A DNA stretch of 64,000 bases from the NCBI GenBank assembly GCA_013265495.1, contig MU058138.1:3921-67920 (forward strand). The letters run 5' to 3'. The stretch is from Vicugna vicugna. Taxonomy: Eukaryota. The notes below the pieces were generated by a model. It did not search any database and was not told the DNA's origin. It saw only the letters and a program-made list of their open reading frames with translations. This document shows positions 52,965-64,000 of the stretch, piece by piece. How positions within the stretch are numbered: the first letter of the stretch is position 1; each line of letters starts with the position of its first letter. The position numbers and the translations under genes were made by a program.

Positions 52965-53028
52965 AAGTCATGCAGTTGGAGTGTATCCAAGACTGATTTG
53001 TCCAAGACTTAATTATATTCACTGCGAT
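52965..53028 (-). promoter_or_regulatory. Candidate OR promoter block for the 51384 OR
   Basis: Conserved block with TAATTA (53010-53015) and TCACTGCGA; internal repeat of TCCAAGACT. Confidence 0.45.
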
Positions 53029-53656
53029 TTTCCATCAGATCTTAAAAGAACATCTCTATGTAAATATACTGTTAAACCAATTGCATAATTGGGGTCAGGA
53101 AGATGTGACAAGGAGAAAAACATAGCCTCAGGACCATTAAGGAACTTTAGCCAGTAGAGAATAAAATATTAACCTTGTCATTTTGTTCCAAGAAAAATGA
53201 ATTTATCACTTATTTCCTCACTTAACCATGGGAAGATTCTTTCTTTTGATCCAATGCATAATGTTTTCTGCCTGTAAGTGTGGGGCTGGGGATGTTAAAT
53301 TTTCATCTCCAGTTTAGATTCAAAGCATTATTTATCCAAATTATTATTTGTTAAAAATTTTACTGAGGGCCTACTTGTTTATCAGGCTCTATGCTGTAAG
53401 CTAGAGAATATAGCAGTTATTAAACAGAAAAAAAATCAGGAAAAAGGTGCTGCCTGCATTGACCCTATAATACAGTCAGACATTTAAAAAGTAAACAACT
53501 TAATAAGATAATTATAATCTGTGATCTTGCTAGTAAAACAAAAAACAGGGCATAATGACAGAAAATAAGAGGAAGCATCTACAGCAGATAATAAGGTAGT
53601 CAGAAAAGGTCTTTAGAAAATGTAACATTATACCTGAGATCCAAAAGATGAAAAGC

Positions 53657-53843
53657 TGTAGAATAGATAAATAAGATTATACTGTATAGCACAGGGAAAT
53701 ATATACAAGATCTTATGGTAGTTCACAGAGGAAAAAATGTGACAATGAATATATATATGTACATGTATAACTGAAAAATTGTGCTCTACATTGGAATTTG
53801 ACACATTGTACAATGATTATAACTCAGTAAAAAATGTTAAAAA
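53657..53843 (+). mobile_element. Short young L1 3' UTR insertion with TSD
   Basis: Matches 18125-18313; TSD aaaagatgaaaagc (53643-53656) / aaaagacaaaaagc (53844-53857); empty sites in paralogs near 36650 and 47620. Confidence 0.92.
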
Positions 53844-54789
53844 AAAAGACAAAAAGCAGCTACCAGGTGAAGCTCTGTTACTTGTGTTAAACTCCAACAT
53901 TGGAAAGAGCTCAGCAAGTTCAAGACACTGAAAAGTCATTGTGCCTGAAGAGAAATAAGAAAGGGAGTGGATAGAACAAACTGAGGTCAAAGAGGTGGAC
54001 AAGATACGATCTCTGCAGAGCACTACAGGTCTTGGTAAAGAATCTGGATTTCACTTAGTGCTCCTTTAAGGTTAGAGTAAGCAAAGTAAGACAAGCAATT
54101 TTTTTAGTTAAGGAAAATATCCATCTCATAAATAGACCTTTTGCCAAAGTTTACATTGTACGTGGCAAAACTAAGATTTGAACTCAGAATTATCTTTTTG
54201 AACACTAAGCTCTTTACCATCATAGTGTACTAAATTTTATCACCTATTCCTCAGCAATGTATGTATGATACATAAAATCCCAATCAACAAAGCAAAACTG
54301 GAAAAAGAGATTTTTAATCCAAATATACGTTTAAGATTATAATAACAATAAGTTTTCCACAAATAATACAGGAAAAACATGGTAGACTTTATATTTCAGA
54401 GGAAGAAATAGAAAATTAGAGAACCAGACAAGATATGCCAGAGTATTAGAAAGGATCAAAAGAGAAATTGGAAAATAAATACTCTAAAATTCCTATTTTC
54501 CCAAAATGCTTTATTTTGCTTTGCAATTTCATAGGTAGTGAACAATTGCATTTTAACAAGAAACAAAACTGGTTCTGATAGTACTTTAACATTTGACTAC
54601 CAAATTGGCAATAAAAACATCTAAATAGGCTATTTTTATAAGGATGATTTCCTGTTAAGGTCTCCTCAGATTGCCTAATGCCAACATCCACATACCTTTG
54701 ACAAATAGTGTGCCCTTGGCCCTGAAAATTAGGAATTATCTTCTTTAACTTGTAACCATTTGAGGGATAAAGTTATTTTACATTGTTTT

Positions 54790-55680
54790 CATTATTTCCC
54801 TGATGAAGTCATCTTTTGACTCAGAACTTCTCCATAGCATTTTTAACCTCTGCACATCTTAGGGTATAATAGAGTTTAACACAAAATTTAGCACAGTATA
54901 AAATATAGCCATGGCTTAATTAATTGAAAAAGTGATAATTTGAGGCAGATACATACATGTGCAAGGTACAAAGAATAAAATGACCAGAGCGATGTGAGAG
55001 GCTTAGGTGGAGTGTACTTTGCACCTACCATCCAAGCTATGAGATTTCAAAGTGTATAGGGTCATGATATAGGAGACCATCAAAAGGAGTAAGTTTAACA
55101 GAAAGATGACCCCTTTGTTGGTAGCAACAAAGAGACAAAAATATGACTGTCCATGTTGATAAGTTTCAACAGAGTTCATGTCACACACAAAGTGATCTAT
55201 GTCACTGGGGCCAAAAAAGGGTGCCAGACTGTGAAGAGGATTTAAACTGCTGGATGGATAAGTCTCCAGCCCAGGTGACTCCCAGAGATGACCACATCTC
55301 TATCAGCTTTTGGTGGTCAGGTAGTACAGATGGACACATAGAAGTCATAGGTCATACCCATCAGCAGAATGATGTCTTTATTCCATTGTGTGTTCTTGCC
55401 TCCTTTGTCGAAGTTTAGTTGACCAAAAATTTGTGGGTTCATTTCTGGGATCTCTATTCTGTTCCATTAGGCCATATATCTGTTTTTGTACCAGTACCAT
55501 ACTGTTTTGATTACTGTAGCTCTATAGTATTGTATGAAGTCTGGGAGAGTTATTCCTCCAGCCTCTTTCAGCAGCACCAAAAGATGTTCAGCAAAGTTTT
55601 AAGTCATGCACTTACTAAAACATGGTTTTCCTTACAGTAAGAGTGTCAGGACCTTGACGGGGTCAGGGAAGAAGAACAGC
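54790..55680 (-). pseudogene. 5'-truncated, degraded OR4C-like remnant interrupted by an L1 segment
   Basis: CMT*NFAEHL..GAA|insert|IILLMGMTYDFY; ATNKGVIFLLNLLLLMVSYIMTLYTLKSHSLDGRCK..ST*ASHIALVILFFVPC; YTLRCAEVKNAMEK. Confidence 0.88.
55373..55569 (-). mobile_element. 197-bp internal L1 ORF2 segment, near-identical to 58388-58584
   Basis: Ungapped match at offset 3015 with 2 mismatches (55450, 55474). Confidence 0.95.
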
Positions 55681-57017
55681 CACTATCTATGACGAATAAG
55701 TAACACATAAACAACATGTAAAGCATTACCAAAGAGTGTACAAAGGACTAAATGAAAACACCTAACTCTCTTCATGGAGAGGAATTCTCAAATCTCTAAA
55801 GATATAAACCCTTCCTAAATTAGTCATCCTAAATAAAAATGCATTGAAAAATAACAGAAATTTTTGTGACTAGCCTAGCTTATTATAAATTTAATTTGAT
55901 GTCCTAAATTTGCAAGAACAGACATAATGCTGGAAAAGAAGAGTAATGAGGGAGTGTTAGACTTATTATTCTAAATGTATTCTAGATGAATTGCAACTAT
56001 ATCATAAATTAAATGGTACATGACTGAAAAGACCAATGGAACTGAGTCCTGAACTGCATTCAAATATTTATGGAAATTTAGAATACAGTAATATGAGGAT
56101 TTCAAATTAGTGGTGAAAGATAATTAAGCAACTACAAAAAAAGGTCATTTAGAAAACAATAAAACACAATCTTCTTTAACTATATATGAAAATGAATTAT
56201 AATTTCTTTAATGAACCTTCTTGTCATATACCAAAAAATATTCACTGGTTGTTGAGAATGGGGACAAGCTGATAGTCTCAGACTATGGGCAGAATTGTAG
56301 GTACAACTTCATGAATGGCATTTTGGCAATAACTATGAATATCAACATTTAAATACATATTCCCTGTTGACCCAAAAGTTCTACTTATAGCAACTGACAT
56401 TTCTAGGAACACATACTTGAGAAGATATATACTTATTGCAGAATTATGTATCATAGAAAAAGATTGAAATGACATGAAAAGTACTGGGTGCATTAATTCA
56501 GGAATATTATAAGGGAACATCACATATTATACAAATAACTGAGCATGAGTTAGATCTATATAGAGTGGTATGAAAAGATGCTCAAGATGTTGAATAGTAA
56601 AATGTAAGTGTTTACATGCAGGCATATATCCACATACACATATGTAAATATGCTTATATGTGCAAAGATTGATACTTGAAACATCTTAAGAAAGAGGCTT
56701 TGCACTAACTCTAGGTAAGAACACTGGGAAACACTAAAAAGGATGAAAAAGAAGTTTGGTTTGGTTTGGTTTTGCAGGATGTTTTACTAAGCTTTCTAGG
56801 CAAAAATCATCCCAATTTTATATGAATACTTTCTCAACTCTTTTTGTAACTTGCCTTTTTACTTTCTTTCAGGTGTTTTTGTTGAACAAAAGTTCTTACT
56901 ATGGTCAAATTTATCATTCTTTCCTTCTTAGTTTGTTTAGAAATATTTTGAAAGGAGATTTATTTTTCACTTGCACCATTTCATATGGTTCCTATTTTTA
57001 TAATCATTATTATTGTA

Positions 57018-60000
57018 TTTTCTTTTTCATTTATTTTTTAAACATTTTTATTGAGTTATAGTCATTTTACAATGTTGTGTCAAATTCCAGTGTAGAGCAC
57101 AATTTTACAGTTATATGTGAACATACATATATTCATTGACACATATTTTTCACTGTGAGCTACCACAAGATCTTGTATATATTTCCCTGTGCTATACAGC
57201 ATAGTCTTGTTTATCTATTCTACATATGCCTATCAATATATACAAATTTTGGACTCATAGTCTATCCCTTTTTACCCCCCTCCTAGGCAACTACAAGTTT
57301 GTATTCTATACCTATGTGTCTTTATGTTTTGCATTTATGTTCTTCTTCTTTTTTTTTTAAGATTCCACATATGAGCAATATCATATGGTATTTTTTTTCT
57401 TTTTCTGGCTTACTTCATTTAGAATGACATATTCCATGAATAACCATGTTGCTGCAAATGGCATAATGTTGTTGGGTTTTATGGCTGAATAGTATTCCAT
57501 TGAATAAACATACCACAACTTCTTAATCCAGTCATCTGTTGATTGACATTAAGGCTGTTTCCATGTCTTGGCTATTGTAAATAGTGCTGCTATGAACATT
57601 GGGGTGCAGGTGTCATCCTGAAGTAGGGTTCCTTCTGGATATATGCCCAGGGTCAGTATTACTGGGTCATATGGTAAGTCTATTCCTAGCCTTTTGAGGA
57701 ATCTCCATACTGTTTTCCACAGTGGCTGCACCAAACTGCATTCCCACCAGCAGTGTAGGAGTGTTCCCCTTTCTCCACAGCATCCCCAGAATTTGTCATT
57801 TGTGGACTTTTGAATGATGGCCATTCTGACTGGTGTGAGGTGATGCCTTCTTCTAATTTTGATTTACATTTCTCTGATAATTAGTGATATTGAGCATTTT
57901 TTCGTGTGAGTATTGATCATTTGTATTTCTTCTTTGGAAAGTTTCTTGTTTAGGTCTTCTGCCCATTTTTGGATTGGGTTGTTTACTTTTTTTTTATTAA
58001 GTCATATGGACTGCTTATATATTCTGGAGATCAAGCCTTTGTCGGTTTCATTTGCAAAAATTTTCTCCCATTCTATAGGTTGTCATTTTGTTTTACTTAT
58101 GGTTTCCTTTGCTGTGCAGAAGCTTGTAAGTTTCATTAGGTCACATTTGTTTATTCTTGCTTTTATTTCTATTGCTAGAGTAGACTGTTCTAGGAGAACA
58201 TTTTTGAAATGTATGTCAGATAATGTTTTGCCTATATTTTCTTTTAGGAGGTTTATTGTATCTTGTCTTATGTTTAAGTCTTTGATCCATTTTGAGTTTA
58301 TTTTTGTGTATGGTGTAAGGGAGTGTTCTGGCTTCATTGATTTACATGCTGCTGTCCAGTTTCCCCAAAACCATTTGCTGAGGAGACTGTCTTTATTCCA
58401 TTGTGTGTTCTTGCCTCCTTTGTCGAAGTTTAGTTGACCAAAAATTTGTGGGTTCATTTCTGGGCTCTCTATTCTGTTCCATTAGGCCTTATATCTGTTT
58501 TTGTACCAGTACCATACTGTTTTGATTACTGTAGCTCTATAGTATTGTATGAAGTCTGGGAGAGTTATTCCTCCAGCCTCTTTCTTTTTCCTCAGTAATA
58601 TTTTGGCAATTCTAGGTTTTTTATGTTTCCACATAAATTTCATTATGGTTTGTTCTAGTTCTGTGAAATATGTCCTGGGTAATTTGGTAGGGATTGCATT
58701 AAATCTGTAGATTGTCTTGGGCAGTATGACCATTTTGACAATATTGATTCTTCCAATCTAGGAGTGTGATATGTCTCCATTTTTTTAAGTCTTCTTTAAT
58801 TTCTTTAATCAGTGTTTTATAGTTTTCCATGTATAAGTCTTTCACCTCCTTGGTTAGATTTATTTCTAGGTGTTTTATTAATTTGGGTGCTATTTTGAAA
58901 GGGATTGTTTCTTTACTTTCTTTTTCTGAGTTAGTGTAATGCAACTGATGTTTGAACTTTATTCTTGTAATCTGCTACATTGCTGAATTCTTCAATCAGC
59001 TCTAGTAGTTTTTGTGTGGAGCTTTTAGGGTTTTCTAGATTTAGTAACATGTCATTGGCATATGGTGACACTTTCATCTCTAGTTTTCAAATTTGGATCC
59101 CATTTATTTCTCTCTCTTGCCTGATTGCTGTGGCTAGGACTTCCAAGACTATGTTGAATAGCAGTGGTGATAGTGGGCATCCTTGTCTTGTTCCAGATTT
59201 TAGTGGGAAGCTTTTGAGTTTTTCACTGTTGAGTACTCTGCTGGCTGTAGGTTTGTCATATATAGCTTTTATGATGTTGAGATATGTTCCCTCTATACCC
59301 ACTTTGGTGAGAGTTTTTAATCATAAGTGGGTGTTGACTTTTATCAAATGCTTTTTCTACATCTATTGAGATGATCATGTGATTTTGTCCTTTCTCTTGT
59401 TGATGTGATGTATTACATTGATTGATTTGCATATGTTGAACCACCCTTATGTCCCTGGGATGAACCCCACTTGGTCATGATGTATAATCTTTTTTATGTG
59501 TTGTAGGATTCTATTTGCTAATATTTTGGTGAGGATTTTGGCATCTATGTTCATCAGTGATATTGACCTATAATTCTCTTTTTTGGTAGTGTCTTTGCCT
59601 GGTTTTGGTATCAGGGCGATGGTGGCTTCATAGAATGAGTTTGGGAGTATTCCATCCTTTTCAATCTTCTGGAAGAGTTTGAGAAGGACTGGTATGAGTT
59701 CTTCTTTGTATGTTTTGTAGAATTCCCCAGTAAAGCTGTCTGGTCCTGGACTTTTATTTGTAGCGAGGCTTTTTATTGCTAATTCAACTTTATTTCTAGT
59801 GATTGGTTTGTTCAAGTGGTCAGTTTCTTCTTGAATCAGTCTTGGTGGACTGTATGTTTCCAGAAATTTGTCCATGTCCTCTAGGTTATCCATTTTGGTC
59901 CGATATAGTTTTTCATAATATTCTCATATGATATTCTATATTTCTATGTTACTTGTAATTTTTTTCATTTTCCTTTCTTATTTTGCTTATTTGTGCTCCC

Positions 60001-63000
60001 TATTTTTTCTTCTTTGTGAGTTTGTCCAGAGGTTTGTCAATTTTATTTACTGTTTCAAAAAAACAGCTTTTGGTTTGATTGATATTTTCTATTGTTTTTT
60101 AATCTCTGTTTTATTTATTTCCTCCCTGATCTTTATTATTTCCTTCCTTCTTCTGACTTTTGGGGGTTTTTTTGCTCTTCTTTTTCTAGTTCTTTAAGCT
60201 GTTGGGTTAGATTGTTTATTTGAGATCGTTCTTCTTTTTTGAGGAAAGCCTATATCACTATAAACTTCCCTCTTGGCACTGCCTTTGCTGTGGCCCATTA
60301 ATTTTGTGTGGTTGTGTTTTCATTTTCATTTTCTCAAGTTATTTTGTTAATTTCAATTTTGATTTCCTCATTGAACCATTGGCTTTTTAATAGCATGTTG
60401 TTTAATCTCCATGCTTTCCTTTTTTTGTCCTTTGTTTCTCTGTAGTTGATTTCTACTTTCATGGCATTGTGATCAGTAAAGACGCTTGAGATAATTTCTA
60501 GCTTCTTAAAATTGTTGAGGCTTCTTTTGTGCCCAAGTACATGATCAATCCTAGAAAATGTTCCATGTGTACTTGAAAAGAATGTGTATCCTATTTTTGG
60601 GAGCTGTGATGCTCTGAAAATATCCACCAACTCTAATTTTTCTATTGTATCATTTAATTTCTCTGTTGCCTTATTTAGTTTCTATCTGGAAGACCTATCT
60701 GGTGATGTCAATGTGGTCTTAAAATCTCCAACAATGATTGTATTCCCATCAATTTCCCCTTTTATCTGTGTTAGTAATTTTTTTTATGAACTTAGGTGCT
60801 CCTATACTGGGTGCATATATATTAATGAGTATAATATCCTCATCTGTATTACTTCTTTAATCATTATAAAATGTCCTTCTCTCTTTCTTTATGTCCTTTC
60901 TTATAAGTCCATTTTGTCTGAAATCAGTACTGCAACACCTGCTTTTTTTGCTTTTCCATTTACATGGAATATCCTTTTCCATCCTTTCACTCTCAATCTA
61001 TATGTGTCCTTCTCCCTAAAGTGGGTCTCTTGTATGCAGCATATTGAAGGTTCTTGCTTTATTATCCAGTCTACCACTCTATGTCTTTTGACTGGCACTT
61101 TTAGTCCATTAACATTTACAGTAATTAATGATAGATGTGTGTTTATTGCCATTTTGAACTTATTTTTGCAGTTGACTTGGTATTTCCTCTCTGTTCCTTT
61201 CTTCTTCCTTTTGTGGTTTGGTAATTTTTCTTTGTATTATCTTGGACTTTATTTAGTTTTTGTGACTCATATGTAAGTTTTTGGCTTGTGGTTTCCCTTT
61301 TGTGCATCTATTAACCCATCACTATAACTGTTTTTATTAAGCAGATAGTAATATAATCTCAAACTCATCCTACCGACAACAAAAAACTTAAAAAAGCAAA
61401 ATAATTACTCTATATTTTCTTGCTTCCCTCTCCACTCTTAATGATTTAGATGTCTTCTACAATTTTGTGTTTATTCTATTTGGAATTCATGATAGTTATC
61501 ACCTTTCCAGTTATGGATTTCTCATTTCTGTAGCATCCTGCTTCTTTTCTATTTAGAGTAGACTTGTCAATATTTCCTTTTAGCATGGGTTTAGTGTTGC
61601 TGAACTCTTGTTGCTGTTTCTTGTCTGTAAAGTTCTTTACCTCTACTTCTATCCTAAAGAATAGCCTTGCTGGATAAAGATATTTAGAGTAGACTTGTCA
61701 ATATTTCTTTTAGCATGGGTTTAGTGTTGCTAAACTCTTGATGTTTCTTGTCTGTAAAATTCTTTACCTCTACTTCTATCCTAAAGGATAGCCTTGCTGG
61801 ATAAAGTATCCTAGGCTGTCTCTTTTTTTCATTCAGGGCTGTGACTATATCTTGCCACTCCCTTCTGGCCTGTAGTGTTTGTGTAGAGAAATCAGCTGAG
61901 AGCCTTATGGGGGTTCTTTTGTAACTCACTCTTTGCTTTTCTCCTGCTACCTTTAGGATCATTTCTTTATCCTTGACTCTGGCCATCTTGATTATGATAT
62001 GTCTTGGATGGTGTGAGTTGAGTTCTTCCTGTTTGGGACCCTCTGAGCTTCCTGTACTTGGATATCTGATTCCTTCTTTAAGTTTGGGTAGTTTTCCGTC
62101 ATGATTTCTTCAAATACCTTTTCAATTCCCTTTGTTCTTTTATCCCATTTTGGAACCCCTATTATGTGTAGATTTGCATGCTTTATATTATCCCATAGGT
62201 CCCTTATATTATTTTCATTATTTTTAATTTGTTTTTCTCTCAGCTGTTCTGATTGATTGCTTTCTGCCATCCTGTCTTCTAGGTCACTTATTTGTTCCTT
62301 TGCATTATCTAGCTTGTTTTGTACAGCCTTTAGATCAGAGTTCATCTCTGCAAATGAGTTTACCAATTCTACTTGACTCTTCTTTATAGCTTCAATTTCA
62401 TTTTTGACATATTTTATATCTCTAAACACTATCTCTCCTTCAATACTTTGATCATTCCTTTTTTGAAATCTTCATCTAGTAGGCTATCAATGTCTATTTC
62501 ATTGATTGTTCTTTCAGGGGATTTCTCTTGTTCTTTTAATTGGGAGTGGTTCCTCTGCTTCTTCATATTGCTCATATCTCTCTGGCACTGTGGCTTATAG
62601 AGTATCAGTTATGTATTGTGGTCCTTAAGGAGTTTATTTATTTATTTATCTAAAGCCTATGCAGGAATAAAACTTTTAAAAAGAGAGAGATTTTTAAAAG
62701 AAGGGAGGAAAAAAGTTTAAAAACAGTATATAATCAATAATAGAAGAGCAACTTGAAGCAGAATAGCAATTGAGTTGATATGTTTTTTAAAACATTAAAA
62801 AAGGAGAAAAAAATAAAAAAACAATAATTGAAACCTGTTTATAATCTATAACAGGAGATCAAAACCAAGAGAAATAAAAATGAAATGAGGTGGCTTTTAA
62901 AAATAATAATAATAAAAAATTTGAAAAGAAAAATTTAAAGGAATTAAAAATGTAGTTATATAGAATTGTTTAAAATGTAAAGATTAAAAAGGCAATAAAA

Positions 63001-64000
63001 AGTAGAACAGATGAAATAAAAGGTTAAAAAAATGTGTTCTCCTGGAGACCATGTGCTCTTGATGATTTTATTGATAGGTCTTTCTGTCTTCACCCTGTTT
63101 CTCAGACTCAGCTTGCTGTTTCCAGAGGCCCTCCATTGGCACTCTCATCTGTGCTGCTTCCAGTGCCTGACGGCAAAGATCACACCCCCTCCCAACACTG
63201 GGTCAGGTGCTGCGCTCCTACATGGTGGGCTGGCAGGTCACTCCCCCTCCTGGTGCTGCAGTCAGATGCTGTGCTCGGGCGAGATAGGCAAGCAGAACAT
63301 GCTCCCTCCCAGCACCATGGTGAGGTGCTGTGTCCCTGCTTGGAAGGCAGGTGGCCGCCTGCCCTCTCCAGGTGCTGGTTGCTCCCATGCTGTATGCAGC
63401 TGCCTGCTCCATCTGGGGTCAGTGCTCTGTAGGTGGGCTCAGGGAAGACCATGAACAGCCCCTCCCCTGCTCTTTGCCAAAACCCTGCTCCTTGTTTGTC
63501 GTGGTGGTGCAAGTTCTCTGAGGTACCAGGGCAGGAAGATCCTATCTTCCCCAGGCTGTAGACAGATCTCAGTCCTGCCTAGGAGGTTGCAGAGCCTCCA
63601 GGTGCAGATTCAGGTCTAGGTCCAGCCCCCGCCCCCGACAGGGCACTGCACCCAGGAGAATATGGTGGCTGTGGCAGCTGTGGCTGTGCCTCTCTTCTCA
63701 TGAGAAGCACCAGTAATGGTGCCGCAGGGCTAAAGAGACAAAGACTATTGTGCCCCTTCCCACAGGGCACATCAGCAGTATCACTTTGCTTTTTTTGTTT
63801 TGTAATTTATGGAGGGCCCAGGTTTTTCTGCTCTGTATCCCCTCCCAGACATGGCATGCAGCACTTTGCTGTCCCCCAGGGATACCTCAGTTCAGCCACC
63901 CCAGTCTTCTGCCTGGCTCGGGCAGCCTGGACTTTCCCCCAGCTTCTGGCTCACATCTCAGGCTGGGTGTCACAGGGACCCTTTGTGCCCATTTAACTTA
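57018..64000 (-). mobile_element. Near full-length inactive LINE-1 (5' UTR runs off the window)
   Basis: 3' UTR and tail about 57018-57357; ORF2 about 57358-61152 ([40 protein letters not shown]-terminal HCWWEC); ORF1 about 61550-62566 (MKKQRNHSQL..., YPARLSF); GC-rich 5' UTR beyond 63030; many stops and frameshifts. Confidence 0.97.
61550..61806. repeat. About 130-bp diverged tandem duplication of the L1 ORF1 3' end
   Basis: 'tatttagagtagacttgtcaatattt...tagccttgctggataaag' at 61550-61679 and 61681-61806, with several substitutions and small indels. Confidence 0.92.

Noticed and set aside
57913..63996. Plus-strand ORFs up to 230 aa and GC-rich ORFs in the L1 5' UTR (possible ORF0-like)
   Set aside because: Antisense L1 open frames and GC-rich stop-poor sequence; no support for translation.
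1..64000. A new multi-gene biological system
   Set aside because: All recognisable coding sequence is OR family 4 or L1-derived; remaining ORFs are short, low-complexity or repeat-derived.

Overview
Mammalian genomic DNA, most likely a camelid (tRNA-derived Vic-1-type SINEs and a matching young L1 family). It is AT-rich, repeat-dense and has four assembly gaps. The window is part of a class II olfactory receptor family 4 (OR4A/OR4C) cluster, with all ORs on the minus strand: one open 307-aa OR4A47-like gene, four full-length OR4A-type pseudogenes (one broken only by a 1-nt homopolymer deletion) and two 5'-truncated OR4C-like remnants. The OR4A47-like genes sit in tandem paralogous units. Other content: a near full-length dead L1 (57.0-64 kb), many older L1 pieces, MaLR LTRs, MIRs, a U6 retrocopy with a TSD and a 28S rRNA 3'-end retrocopy. 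I see no evidence for a new multi-gene biological system. The most unusual signals are (i) a 197-bp L1 ORF2 segment inserted into an OR remnant that shares a nonsense codon with the L1 3 kb away, suggesting a locally templated insertion, (ii) a conserved homeodomain plus O/E-like block upstream of four OR4A genes, and (iii) a 407-bp tandem duplication that creates a decoy OR start exon. All comparisons were made by eye; family names come from recalled sequences, not database searches.
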